Below, piece after piece: positions 9,447 to 19,006 of a stretch of DNA of 41,063 bases (positions within the stretch are counted from its first letter, which is position 1; each line of letters begins with the position of its first letter). Source of the DNA: a virus. Its lineage: Duplodnaviria; Caudoviricetes. Under the pieces are notes generated by a model. It was not told the DNA's origin. It saw only the letters and a program-made list of their open reading frames with translations, and did no database searches. The DNA is taken from positions 1 through 41,063 of the IMG/VR virus record IMGVR_UViG_3300037483_000036; one strand, given 5' to 3'. The position numbers and the translations under genes are program-made.

Positions 9447-10288
9447 GGTGCTGGCTCCAGGCGCCCGAACCACGTGGCGGATATTGTAGCGGCTTTGCTG
9501 CTGGTGTGCGTCGCGCCGACAACGGTCCCTTCGGTGAATGGACCAACTCCACCGCCGAATGACGCGGAGATCGCGCCATTCTGCACGCCCACCGATGCCT
9601 GCGGGATCAGCAGCAGCGGGCTGTTGTACTGGTGGCCCGATATTTCGTTGGCCACGATCTGTATCAGGCTAGTTGTGTCCGCGGTCACGCTGACTGAACT
9701 GGCTACAGCCCCATCGATGAAAAGCCTTTTGCCTTTCGGAACGATCCGAAAGCTGGATGAGCAGCGAAGTTTTCCCGTAGCAATTTCGCTATAGGTTAAT
9801 GTCCCGGCGCTATTCTTCGCGGTGATCGTCCCCGCTGCCTTCAACCCGGAACCGATCCGCCCTTCTGCGATGTGCATGCACTGCGTGAACAGGAAGTCAG
9901 GATCATTGAGAGGCACAGGGGTCACGCCATTCAGCGTGATGACCACATCATCGACCTCGGATAAATCCTGCCGAACATAGTGAATATGCACCGCGCGGAT
10001 GCCCGTCCCGTTCGCCGTATCGTCGGGACTTGAGGACTGAATCGTCACCCCGGCGTTGTAGGGCGCGAGCGATATGGCGCCGTCCGGCCAGACTGGGAAA
10101 TCGGTCTCCGCAACCGTGGTTGTCCGCTCGCCGTATGCGGAAAACGGCATCGCCCCTGACGCTAGCCCGCGGGCTATGTTTATCGGGAGCATGCGGAGAA
10201 CATCGACGATATTCGTGATCGTCGCGTCCTCGGCTATGAATCTGCCAGACTGAGCGGGGTCAGTGCGCAGTTGATTCACTAGACTCAT
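9443..10288 (-). CDS. Beta-rich putative virion accessory protein inserted in neck module
   Basis: 281 aa; IARG..., SSSPDDTANGTGIRAV, TLNGVTPV; coupled starts/stops on both sides. Confidence 0.6.
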   Translation of the reverse strand: MSLVNQLRTDPAQSGRFIAEDATITNIVDVLRMLPINIARGLASGAMPFSAYGERTTTVAETDFPVWPDGAISLAPYNAGVTIQSSSPDDTANGTGIRAVHIHYVRQDLSEVDDVVITLNGVTPVPLNDPDFLFTQCMHIAEGRIGSGLKAAGTITAKNSAGTLTYSEIATGKLRCSSSFRIVPKGKRLFIDGAVASSVSVTADTTSLIQIVANEISGHQYNSPLLLIPQASVGVQNGAISASFGGGVGPFTEGTVVGATHTSSKAATISATWFGRLEPAP

Positions 10289-10842
10289 GGCGCAACCGCC
10301 GCGAATGTTGCAGTCACAGCCACATCAGTGGCAACATTGAGATCGGTGCGGGATGCGGTCAGCACGCCGTCGCTCCACGCATCGAACGTGTAGCCGGTCG
10401 CGGGCGTAGCGGTGACGGCTGTTCCATCGGTACCGGATTGCACCACCTGGAACGCCGTGCCGGTGATGCTGCCGCCACCACCCGCCGAATAGGCCAGTGT
10501 GAAAGTTTCAACCAGCGGCGTGCGCTTCGTCTGCTCGGCGATGACCTCATAAAAGCCATAGTCATCATAATCACCATCATCCACGATCTTGTAGTCCTCG
10601 CCCTTGTACTCGATGAACTCGCCGACGGCGATCTGGCTGACGGAATGCACCTGCAGGTACTTCAGCGACCAGTCGATGATGTCCGGGTTCAGCTTTCGCT
10701 TTTGAGCGGGTTGCACGACTGCCTGAACGGTGCGGACGGCAACCTGATCAATCGGCTCGAAGTCCACGGTTGCCTTGGTGACCGTCTTGACAATGATGGG
10801 CTGCGCCCATTCAGCCAGTGCGCCGGACAGGTCAGGTAGCAT
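10285..10842 (-). CDS. Head closure/adaptor protein with C-terminal InlB B-repeat-like domain
   Basis: N-terminal ~110 aa head-closure-like; C-terminal TLAYSAGGGGSITG...TATPATGYTFDAWSDG...VTATF matches the InlB B-repeat (Flg_new) pattern. Confidence 0.7.
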   Translation of the reverse strand: MLPDLSGALAEWAQPIIVKTVTKATVDFEPIDQVAVRTVQAVVQPAQKRKLNPDIIDWSLKYLQVHSVSQIAVGEFIEYKGEDYKIVDDGDYDDYGFYEVIAEQTKRTPLVETFTLAYSAGGGGSITGTAFQVVQSGTDGTAVTATPATGYTFDAWSDGVLTASRTDLNVATDVAVTATFAAVAP

Positions 10843-11317
10843 CGCGCACCACCCATGTGATAGAGCCGCGAAGCACTCCGGTGTCGATCATCACCTGACT
10901 TGACCCCTTGCGCGCCTTCGTTTCGCTGGAGATGTCCGGCCAAGTACCATAGCCCTTCGACGTGAACGCCCCCTTCGACACGTTGGTCGCGATCACACCG
11001 ACACGCCCGAGCGCCACTTCGGCGCTGATCTTGCCGGAGGTCAGCCGCTGAAACTGGTCGGCAATACCATCGTTGACTTGCTGTTGCTTCGTGCGGAACG
11101 GAACGCGCAGGAACGAACGCTGCGGAACGCTTTGCTGTGGTGCCCCGAACTCGTGGATCGCGCCATTGCGGATGACTGTCATCCCGTCGCCGTACACCTT
11201 GCTGCCGACCTTATCCTTCGGCAGACCGACAAACACGGCGCGCTTCTTCGCCGCGTCGAGGGCGTACGCCATGTCGGTGGTGTACTTGATCATCTGCGCG
11301 GGGGTGAGCTTCTTCAT
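10832..11317 (-). CDS. Neck / tail completion protein (HK97 gp10-like)
   Basis: IHEFG...PQRSFLR...IDTGVLRGSI motifs. Confidence 0.78.
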   Translation of the reverse strand: MKKLTPAQMIKYTTDMAYALDAAKKRAVFVGLPKDKVGSKVYGDGMTVIRNGAIHEFGAPQQSVPQRSFLRVPFRTKQQQVNDGIADQFQRLTSGKISAEVALGRVGVIATNVSKGAFTSKGYGTWPDISSETKARKGSSQVMIDTGVLRGSITWVVRDAT

Positions 11318-11673
11318 ACCGCCTGCCCGCCGTAGTTGCCCGCTGTCAGCAGCAGGAACCGCTGGCCGTATCGGGTGCCGCGCAGTGCATCGTGCAGGTC
11401 CCCACCGCTGCCGGTTGCCGCCTGGTAGCTGGTGGACACACTGCCGACCGACTTACTGGCGACAACCTGTGACGACGCGCTGCCCGGCATGGTCTCCATG
11501 ACGATCAGGTGCGCGGTCAGATTGAGGACGATCTCCTTGTTGCGGGCGTTCGTCGGGTCGTAGTCCTCGCCGTAATAAGCCGGGAGCACCGGCTCAATGA
11601 TGGGGACGTACTGATCGACGGTCGCCGTTGCGAACTCAGGAAATCGCGCCTTGAAGTCACTGAGCAGCGACAC
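11314..11673 (-). CDS. Head-tail adaptor (DUF4054-like)
   Basis: FKARFPEF...AHL...SKSVGSVSTSY...TRYGQRF. Confidence 0.82.
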   Translation of the reverse strand: MSLLSDFKARFPEFATATVDQYVPIIEPVLPAYYGEDYDPTNARNKEIVLNLTAHLIVMETMPGSASSQVVASKSVGSVSTSYQAATGSGGDLHDALRGTRYGQRFLLLTAGNYGGQAV

Positions 11674-12085
11674 GGAAGAACACCTTCAGCCTGATCATGT
11701 GCTCGATCTTCTGCATCAGGCGTTCGTTCTTGAGCTGCGCGCCGGTCAGCGTGACGTTCTCGTTCGGCTTGAACGATACACCCACGATGCTGTACATCTG
11801 GCCGGAACGGTTGACGACGGTGACGGTCAGGTCGGCTTCGGTGGTTGCCGACAGCTGCGTGTCACCGTCAGCAGGACCTGCGCCAGCAGCCGGAGCAGCC
11901 GCAGCCTCCCGCGCCTCGCCGATCAATGCCTTCAGCTTATTGGTGCCGATATTAAGGGCAACCTTCAGGCCGAGGGCAGCCGCTTCGTCGAGCAGCACCT
12001 GACGCTCGGACTTGGCCCCCGCCTGCCCGCCCAATTCGGCAAGCAGGCGGGCGGTCTCGGGATCCACATGGGTTTGGTTATCCAT
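11657..12085 (-). CDS. Hypothetical head-associated protein with HeH/LEM-like segment
   Basis: LLDEAAALGLKVALNIGTNKLKALIGEA helix-extension-helix-like segment; directly after MCP. Confidence 0.55.
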   Translation of the reverse strand: MDNQTHVDPETARLLAELGGQAGAKSERQVLLDEAAALGLKVALNIGTNKLKALIGEAREAAAAPAAGAGPADGDTQLSATTEADLTVTVVNRSGQMYSIVGVSFKPNENVTLTGAQLKNERLMQKIEHMIRLKVFFRVAAQ

Positions 12086-12087
12086 GA

Positions 12088-13050
12088 TTACAGACCCGTT
12101 AGAACACGACCGCCGAGGTTCTCCAGCACGTCCAGGCCAGCGATACGGTACTTGCTGTCAACGCGATAGTCGAAGCTGCCCAGCTTGATGATCTCGCCAA
12201 TTTGCAGCGGCAGCGGGATGCGCATCTTCATCACCTCGTCGCTGTTGCTGTATGCCACGACCTTCGACGTGCCGCCGACCGACTCCGCGCGGAAGGTCGA
12301 ACGGAACTCGACGCCGGGGAAGTTCGCCTTGAGGGCGGACAGCACCGATGCCGAGCCCGCCGCCGTGTTGAGGATTGTCACGGTGATGGTGTTCAACACG
12401 CTGACCGGCATGTCGACGCGGTTCGCCTTGTATTCAGGCGTGTTGTTGACAGCGTTCGCCTGATCGGTGATCAGCGTGGCCAACTCGTCGTACATCTGCT
12501 GAGCTGTGCGGGTTTCGATGGTGCCGCCCGCGGCGCCAGAGGTGAAGCCGGCGTAGTTCAGCAGGCCAGTCGTGCCCGCCTTGTCGGCGATGCCGATGTA
12601 GCCGATCTCGTCCACCTCGCGCAGGTAGATGCGATTGTGGGCGGTAACGTAATCGCTGACCAGGTTCAAGCCTTGCAGCTCGGATTCCTTGATCTCGCTG
12701 TCCGTCCACTCGGAGTTCGCCCCGCGCTCGACGACGAGCAGCGTGGAGTCCTCGGCAGCCAGACTGATCACGCCTTTTTCGGACGACGCATCGCCGGTAG
12801 TTTTGAAGCCGCCCAGCTCACGCTTGCGCAGGGACTGGATGCGGCGAGCGTAGCCGCCGGAGTTGTCCGCCACGATACCGGACGACACGAAAGACAGTTC
12901 GGGATACTTCTTCTCGAAAATCTTCGGGTCAACGGCGGTCAGGTTGCGGGCCAGCACGGCGCCCGCGTAGGCATCAGCGAAGCCCGGACGGCGGGCAGAA
13001 TCCATGAAGCGGGTGAACGCTTTCAGGTCATAGAGGTTACCGATTTTCAT
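12088..13050 (-). CDS. Major capsid protein (DUF2184-like, HK97 fold)
   Basis: 320 aa, strong AGGAG RBS; LTAVDPKIFEKKYPEL, GLLN, IPLPL motifs; synteny. Confidence 0.87.
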   Translation of the reverse strand: MKIGNLYDLKAFTRFMDSARRPGFADAYAGAVLARNLTAVDPKIFEKKYPELSFVSSGIVADNSGGYARRIQSLRKRELGGFKTTGDASSEKGVISLAAEDSTLLVVERGANSEWTDSEIKESELQGLNLVSDYVTAHNRIYLREVDEIGYIGIADKAGTTGLLNYAGFTSGAAGGTIETRTAQQMYDELATLITDQANAVNNTPEYKANRVDMPVSVLNTITVTILNTAAGSASVLSALKANFPGVEFRSTFRAESVGGTSKVVAYSNSDEVMKMRIPLPLQIGEIIKLGSFDYRVDSKYRIAGLDVLENLGGRVLTGL

Positions 13051-13082
13051 TTCATATCTCCTGTAAAGTGAGTTCAGCCGGG

Positions 13083-13997
13083 TTAAACAGTGGACAGTGC
13101 CGCACCGTCGTTTGCAGCAACGCGCCAGACAACCGCGCCGCCAACCTGTGCCGAAACGAGGCGAATGTAATCCGCAACTTCGGTCAGGGTGATGGTGTTG
13201 TTGCCTGTCTGGTTGATCGCGGTCGCCGAGGTGATCACGACTGCACCGCCATCCACGTCGTGGGTGATGTCCAGTGTGATACCCACCGACGCGGCGGCTG
13301 CCAGTGTGCGGGTCTCGGCGCCTGCGCTGGTCAGAGCACAGTTACCGGAACGCAGCACAGGGATGGCACCAGCATCGCCCGGATCGGCGATTGCGGCAAT
13401 GCGCGACACGGCGGGGTACAGTTCGGCCAGAGCCGCTTCAACCTGAGCCGCATTGGTGAAACCGCCAGCGTCCAGCAGGCTAATCGCGCTAGCAGCGTGT
13501 GCGCCGGAAGCGTCGCCGGTATGCGCCGAGATATCAGCCGGTGCGGGGGTAAGGTAAATCGCCCACACGCCGCTCTGCACTTCGTACAGGAATTCGGCGT
13601 TGACCGCTACGTCGGTATTCGTCGCGGTGGCCAGGCCGTCGCTTGCGTCGCCAGCGTTCGACACGTAGACACGACCAAAGCGCGCCGGGGTTTCGCCAGA
13701 CTTAACGTCCACCGTCACCACGCCTTCACGGATGAATACAACCTGCGAGAACAGCGCGGAGTCAATGGTTGCACCATCCTCCACGGCGTTCGCCACATTG
13801 CGCAGCACCACACCCGCGAGGGTCGGCGTTGCACTGCCGTCCATGTTGTCCAGGCTGCCGGTATCCAGCTTGGCGAAGCGGCCAACCTTCAGGCCGTCCT
13901 CGAATACGGTGGCGTCGAGCACCAGACCGCCGGTGCCAAGACGCTCGCCGGCGCCTACTTTTTGGGGGTCATTCAGTTGACCGGTTGCAAATGCCAT
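13083..13997 (-). CDS. Capsid decoration/cement protein with C-terminal extension
   Basis: Between scaffold/protease and MCP; N-terminal ~155 aa decoration-like, then HAASAIS...QVEAALAEL and a beta-rich domain. Confidence 0.68.
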   Translation of the reverse strand: MAFATGQLNDPQKVGAGERLGTGGLVLDATVFEDGLKVGRFAKLDTGSLDNMDGSATPTLAGVVLRNVANAVEDGATIDSALFSQVVFIREGVVTVDVKSGETPARFGRVYVSNAGDASDGLATATNTDVAVNAEFLYEVQSGVWAIYLTPAPADISAHTGDASGAHAASAISLLDAGGFTNAAQVEAALAELYPAVSRIAAIADPGDAGAIPVLRSGNCALTSAGAETRTLAAAASVGITLDITHDVDGGAVVITSATAINQTGNNTITLTEVADYIRLVSAQVGGAVVWRVAANDGAALSTV

Positions 13998-14027
13998 GAT
14001 GTTCTCCTTCTCGGTTTCGGTTGTGGA

Positions 14028-15233
14028 TCAGAGTTCCTTATCGGCCAGAGCCGAGAAGTCGTTCGGGTTCTTGTCGCCGAATGTCTGGTACTTGCTTTCG
14101 GTCTTCTTCAGCAGTTTGAAGGCCATCGGCAGGTCAGCATCGGAGAACTTCTCGCCCGGATGTTCAGCAGCCAACACGTCGCGCATGATCTGCACGGTGG
14201 CCTTGTCGGCAAAGCTGTAGGTCTCGGGCAGGAAGCCGCGCGCCTTCTCCATCACGCTGGTATGCACCTTGATGGCGGCATCGGTGGCGACTTGTTGCTT
14301 GCGGACAGCGGCGTTGACGGCATCGGAGAACTTCTTCTCATCGTCCTGCTTCGCGGCGGCAGCCTCTTCGTCTGTCATCTGTTCGCCGGCAGCCTCTTCG
14401 CCAGTACCTTCGGCGGCTGTCTCCGGCACGACAGCCTTTGCGGCTGCCACGATTGCTTGCAGCGGGCCAACCAGCGCCTGCAATTGTTCGACGGGTACAG
14501 ACTTGATCGCCTCGGGCAGGGCGGTTGCCAGCTCGATGATCTGCTGCAGGTTCATGCTGCCTTCAGCGTCGCAGAATGCACGATGCAGGCGCGGGTTTTT
14601 CGTTGCCATGGTCTTATCTCCTTGTGATGTTGTTACAGGCTTGCGGTCAATGAAACTACACATCGGGCCGCAGCGGCCCCGATCTACAGCAGCCAGATGG
14701 TGAGGCCGGATGTCTATTTGCTCGAAGTCGAACTCGTCATGCGGTACGAGGTCGGCGCCATAGCCGAGCGACAGTTCGCGCTTGCCCGCGTTGACCATCG
14801 CGGCCAGTGTGTCGGCCAGCGTGAGGCGGTTGCGGATGGCGATGGTTGTGCTGGTTGTCGGATCGATGGTGTCAACCATCTCGGCGGCATCCACGAAACC
14901 GCCGTCGGTGGGCGCTGGGATGTCCAAGCTCACATGGTCGCTGGTGATCGGGATGCCTTGCATGCGCATGGCTGCGTTGGCGATGGTGGCGGGCGAGCGG
15001 TAAACGGTGAACAGGCGGTCGCCCGGCTGCATGCCGATCTCAGCTCCGAGGTATTCAATCACACCATCGCGCACTGAGATGGCTGTTTTCTGCTGGGGGT
15101 CGTACACCATCGAGTCGCGGAAGTGGCCGGCCAGCTTGTCGCTGAACTGTGCCTTGCAAATGGCGCGTGCAGCGTCTTCCGTTTTACCGGTCGCCATTAT
15201 CGCCTTCACGTATCGTTCCAACTTCTCGGGCAT
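14028..15233 (-). CDS. Head maturation protease/scaffold (DUF2213-like)
   Basis: YLGAEIG, VYRSP, PITSDH, KRELSLGY, HHLAAVDRGRCG; start MPEKL follows GGGGAGG. Confidence 0.85.
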   Translation of the reverse strand: MPEKLERYVKAIMATGKTEDAARAICKAQFSDKLAGHFRDSMVYDPQQKTAISVRDGVIEYLGAEIGMQPGDRLFTVYRSPATIANAAMRMQGIPITSDHVSLDIPAPTDGGFVDAAEMVDTIDPTTSTTIAIRNRLTLADTLAAMVNAGKRELSLGYGADLVPHDEFDFEQIDIRPHHLAAVDRGRCGPMCSFIDRKPVTTSQGDKTMATKNPRLHRAFCDAEGSMNLQQIIELATALPEAIKSVPVEQLQALVGPLQAIVAAAKAVVPETAAEGTGEEAAGEQMTDEEAAAAKQDDEKKFSDAVNAAVRKQQVATDAAIKVHTSVMEKARGFLPETYSFADKATVQIMRDVLAAEHPGEKFSDADLPMAFKLLKKTESKYQTFGDKNPNDFSALADKEL

Positions 15234-15262
15234 TTCGCACAGCCTCCCCATGTAGTGCGCAC

Positions 15263-15292
15263 CTTATAGCGCATCATTGCGAGGCTGTGCAA
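15263..15292 (-). promoter_or_regulatory. Putative sigma70-like promoter for head operon, within an inverted repeat (15237-15290)
   Basis: TTGCAC-18-TATAAG; perfect 10-bp arms GCACAGCCTC/GAGGCTGTGC. Confidence 0.55.
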
Positions 15293-15324
15293 CTATTTGT
15301 AATTGCTGTGGATTGCTGTAGCGG

Positions 15325-16143
15325 TTAGTCTTCCGCCGGGATGATCAGCTCGTAGTCGCATCGACAGTTGTGATCCGTGCCGGGCAACATCCACTTACCA
15401 TCGCACGATGAGTAGAGACCTTTCGACAGGTCGAACTCTTTCCCGTCGCGCACCTGATGGCAGCGCCGCACACGCTCATCGCGCGAGGTGACCCAGCGCG
15501 CCGTCGTGATGCCGAGGTTCTGCGCCCGCACCTTCGTCGTGATGCTGGTGAAGTTGCGGATCTGATTGCGGGCGATGTACGAGGCATGGCTCTTCCGCGT
15601 CTCAACCACACCGTCGAACTGCTTCATCACCGATTCAAGGCTGTCGCCCTGCGTCATCGCGCGCAGGCTGTTATTCGTGAAGAAGTCCAGCGTGTCGTCG
15701 CGCGTCTTCTTCACCCATTGCTGCGTCTCGATCACCAGCGCGTTGATATCAGCGGTCAGCCCTTCCGTCTGCGTGAGTTCGACCGACGACAAGCCGATGC
15801 GCTTCTCGACCAGCTTATACAGCTCGGAGCGGTTGCGCTTGTTCACCTTGTCGAGGATGGTGCGCACCAGTAGCTCGATGCGCCCGTCATCGAACTGCTT
15901 GAGCAACTTGCGGCGCACCTGGTTGGCGAGCTTCATGTACACGGTTGCGTAGTTGCCCACCTGTGCGTCGGCGAACTTCCCGACCGTATCAACGTGCAGC
16001 CCGCCCAGCACTTGATTGCGCCAGCGTTGCGCGAACTGGTCGGTCATGTATTCCAGCAGCTCGGCGAACTCCTGCTCGTGCGCGCGCGAGGCGCCGGGCG
16101 GTTTGATACCGATGGGCTTCTCGGCTTTAAGGGTGCGTTGCAT
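15325..16143 (-). CDS. Minor head protein (SPP1 gp7 / Mu F-like)
   Basis: IARNQ...WVTSRDERVRRCH...DGKEF...PGTDHNCRC. Confidence 0.88.
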   Translation of the reverse strand: MQRTLKAEKPIGIKPPGASRAHEQEFAELLEYMTDQFAQRWRNQVLGGLHVDTVGKFADAQVGNYATVYMKLANQVRRKLLKQFDDGRIELLVRTILDKVNKRNRSELYKLVEKRIGLSSVELTQTEGLTADINALVIETQQWVKKTRDDTLDFFTNNSLRAMTQGDSLESVMKQFDGVVETRKSHASYIARNQIRNFTSITTKVRAQNLGITTARWVTSRDERVRRCHQVRDGKEFDLSKGLYSSCDGKWMLPGTDHNCRCDYELIIPAED

Positions 16144-17347
16144 CATCGCCCTCGAACGCCTCATCGCTGAACAGCCCGGCCAGCGGGTCGTCCTTGATGA
16201 TGTCTTTGTCCTTCAGGTAGGCGCGATGATCTTCGCCCATCTCGAACAGCGCGCGGGCGTTGATGATCGCCTTCGTTTCGTAGTCCATGCGCCCGTTCGG
16301 TGTCTCGCCTTGGTTGTCTTTGAACGCAGCGTCACCCTTACCACACAGGCGCAGCATCCGGTTGATCGGCTCGATCAGGTACTCATCCTGCAGCGTCTCG
16401 ATCATGTCTTGGAAGGCTTGACTCTCGGTATCGCCCGAGCTATTCAGCCCCTTCACATTTTCGCCGATGAGTAGGGCCAGCGGGATACCCGTCACCATGG
16501 CGAGACGGCGCAGGGTGATCTGGTCAGCATCGGACAGGTTGCTCAACTGCTGCGAGACAACCTCAATCGAGTCATCCGCGTCCACGATGCCCGCCGCGTA
16601 GATGCCGCGCACATCTTCGAGGCGTGAGAAGTACGCCACCATGTCCGACTCGCGCTTCGACTGCATGGCCTCCTTGAAGCCCTTCACCTTGTAGAACAGC
16701 GAGGACGCCTTCTCGATGATGCGCGGGCTGGCGCGCTGTACGATACCATCGGCGATAAGCTGGTCATAAATCAGGTCAAACTCACCGATGCCGCCATAGC
16801 GATAATAGGGTGCATCGAGTTCGGGCGGTTCAACGTAGGTGAAGTCGATGACGCGGGAATGGTGGATCGGCACGCCGCGCACCGTGTAGACGAGCGGCCT
16901 GTAGTAGCGGTCGGATTGCAGGTCGAGGTCGACGCCGGTCGGTACGATCATGTCGCCGGAAAATACGGAGAACTTCACCGTCGCCGGATCAACTTGGCGC
17001 AATGGCTCGGCCAGCGTTTCACCCTTGTGGTGCAGGACGACGATGCCGCGCCCGAATCCCACCATCCAGCGGGCCGCCTTCTTGACGTGCCGCGCCACCC
17101 GCGAGGTGTACCACAGTTCGTCGTCGGTGCTGTCGAAGGTCAGCGTCTCATTGAGTGCATAGCCGGCCTTCAGCCTGACGATCTTACTGCCGAGTCCACT
17201 CTTGTAGATCGCCCGTCGCTCTTCGTCGGTCAGAATCACCGTCTCGAATCTGTTCTGTGTCAGGACGTTCCGGCGGTTCACCAGACCCTCGACGAAGTTC
17301 GCTACACCATCGGCAAACTCCCCAACCTTATCCACGAATCCAACCAT
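16127..17347 (-). CDS. Portal protein (DUF1073-like)
   Basis: 406 aa after terL; IHHSRVI, TGIPLALLIGE, GLNSSGD motifs. Confidence 0.85.
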   Translation of the reverse strand: MVGFVDKVGEFADGVANFVEGLVNRRNVLTQNRFETVILTDEERRAIYKSGLGSKIVRLKAGYALNETLTFDSTDDELWYTSRVARHVKKAARWMVGFGRGIVVLHHKGETLAEPLRQVDPATVKFSVFSGDMIVPTGVDLDLQSDRYYRPLVYTVRGVPIHHSRVIDFTYVEPPELDAPYYRYGGIGEFDLIYDQLIADGIVQRASPRIIEKASSLFYKVKGFKEAMQSKRESDMVAYFSRLEDVRGIYAAGIVDADDSIEVVSQQLSNLSDADQITLRRLAMVTGIPLALLIGENVKGLNSSGDTESQAFQDMIETLQDEYLIEPINRMLRLCGKGDAAFKDNQGETPNGRMDYETKAIINARALFEMGEDHRAYLKDKDIIKDDPLAGLFSDEAFEGDDATHP

Positions 17348-17357
17348 CGCACACCTC

Positions 17358-18776
17358 TCACAGTAAAGTCCGGTAGTCGATCAGGGAGCCGACCAGCGGA
17401 TTGAAGGCGATAATAAACGAGTCGGCAAGGTTTGGCGAATCCACATCGCGGGCCTTCAACTCGTCCTTGCTCTCGACCTTCACCTTTCCGGCCAGGTCGA
17501 ACTTGCGCCGGGGTGTGGTCAGTTCGTCGATCAGCTTCTCTAAATTCTCGCACCCGCCGTTGATGCTGATCAGTTCGTTGGGCTTCACCTCGCGCCCGTA
17601 CTCAACCGCCTCGAAGGTGCGCCGGAAGCGGTCGGCCACTCGCCACCATGCTTGCGCCTTGAGGTTGCTGAAGTAATCCTGGTTCAACACTTTCGTGTCG
17701 CCGTATTCGTCGTCCGGGTCAACCACCTTGCCGCCTGCACCGAAGCCCTGATGAAGTACCCGCGCGCCGCTCGCCATGTTGAGGTCGCGGAATGCCGAGC
17801 CGACGAACGCGCCTACGCCTATGTCGTCGTAGTAGATGCGCCCTTGCATCGACCGGGCGAGGTGCCACACACGTGCCGCGCTGCCGGTCAGGTCGTCGGG
17901 TAGCCCTTTCCATTCCTGCACGTTGATTGCCAGGATGCCGTAGGCCGTGGTCGTGGCGTTCGTGTCTCCACCGTCATCCGCCACGTCGTAGCCCACCCGC
18001 CTCTCACCCGTCACTGTGATGCCGAGCCGCTTGTGCGCGTCGATAGCCGCCATCACCCATGAGCGTTTGATAATCACCCGGTCGTCGTCGGTGAGCGGTT
18101 CGCCAAGATAAACATGCTTCGCGTCTTCGGGATCTTCCTCGAATCGGCGCTCGATCATTCGGCGGGATGTCTCAGAGATAAACGGGTTTTCGTCGTGGTT
18201 GATCTTGCGGATCACCGTCTCGACGCGGTGTGTCGGCTGCTTGTCTCCGGGCTTCAAGACGATGAACGGGCCCGGTGGATCGATGACGAACCGCTTCCAC
18301 ACGAAGTCAGACACCAAGCGCGGATTGAACACCAACCATACCTGCGAGCCCTCCTTACGGATCGTCGGTTCGAGGATGCGCCATTGCGTTTCGCTGGTAA
18401 GGTGCGCTTCTTCAAGCCAAAGGATGTCCACGCTCTCCAGCGACTTGATCTCGTCGATGTTGCGCGCGAGTCCGTAGAAGATGAACTCGGTACCGGTGAT
18501 CTTGTGGGTGATCTTGTTCTTCAGGATGTCGAACTGGTCGCCCAGGCCGAATCGCTCGATCTGAATCTTGAGCAAGGTATAGACCGACTCTTCGATCTTG
18601 TTCTGGAACTGCCGGGCGCACAGGACGCGCAGGCTGCAGTGCTGGGCGAGGAAAATCGCGAAGCCGGCGGTGTCCCAGGACTTCGATGAGTCGCGGCCCC
18701 CGTACAGCACCCGGTTACGGGCGGGCGTGAGCCAGAATTCGCGCAGGGCAGGGTTGAGGGTCGGCGTGTCGGTCAA
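17358..18776 (-). CDS. terL: Terminase large subunit (PBSX-like)
   Basis: Walker A YGGRDSSKS, Walker B LWLEEAH, PTIRKEGS, FNP, GYDVAD, SPNLADS; likely TTG start overlapping upstream TGA (ORF track start 18815). Confidence 0.93.
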   Translation of the reverse strand: MTDTPTLNPALREFWLTPARNRVLYGGRDSSKSWDTAGFAIFLAQHCSLRVLCARQFQNKIEESVYTLLKIQIERFGLGDQFDILKNKITHKITGTEFIFYGLARNIDEIKSLESVDILWLEEAHLTSETQWRILEPTIRKEGSQVWLVFNPRLVSDFVWKRFVIDPPGPFIVLKPGDKQPTHRVETVIRKINHDENPFISETSRRMIERRFEEDPEDAKHVYLGEPLTDDDRVIIKRSWVMAAIDAHKRLGITVTGERRVGYDVADDGGDTNATTTAYGILAINVQEWKGLPDDLTGSAARVWHLARSMQGRIYYDDIGVGAFVGSAFRDLNMASGARVLHQGFGAGGKVVDPDDEYGDTKVLNQDYFSNLKAQAWWRVADRFRRTFEAVEYGREVKPNELISINGGCENLEKLIDELTTPRRKFDLAGKVKVESKDELKARDVDSPNLADSFIIAFNPLVGSLIDYRTLL

Positions 18777-18976
18777 TCGCGCAGCCTCGCGATGATCGTC
18801 TGCATACCTATCCATGTGCAGTAACTTGGTCGGATGTCCCCAGCCTCCCAGCGCTGCACGGTGCGGATGTTCGTGCGCCAGAGTTTGGATGCGGCGTCCT
18901 GCGTAAAGTCACCCCGGAGGGCGATAATCTGCGCCGGGGTGATGGGGTTGTTGCGGTTTGGGTGGTTATTATTCAT
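18773..18976 (-). CDS. Cro/CI-type helix-turn-helix protein
   Basis: FTQDAASKLWRTNIRTVQRWEAG XRE-type HTH signature. Confidence 0.8.
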   Translation of the reverse strand: MNNNHPNRNNPITPAQIIALRGDFTQDAASKLWRTNIRTVQRWEAGDIRPSYCTWIGMQTIIARLRD

Positions 18977-19006
18977 TGTAGCAGACTGTTTTCATCTCAG
19001 TCCCCC

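Noticed and set aside
16127-17347. Anti-CBASS Acb1 label sometimes attached to DUF1073 proteins
   Set aside because: Size, position and motifs fit a plain portal; no paired HxT 2H-phosphodiesterase motifs seen.
18773-18976. Lysogeny module (CI repressor/integrase)
   Set aside because: A lone 67-aa HTH with no peptidase domain; no integrase or att-like tRNA fragment recognised anywhere.
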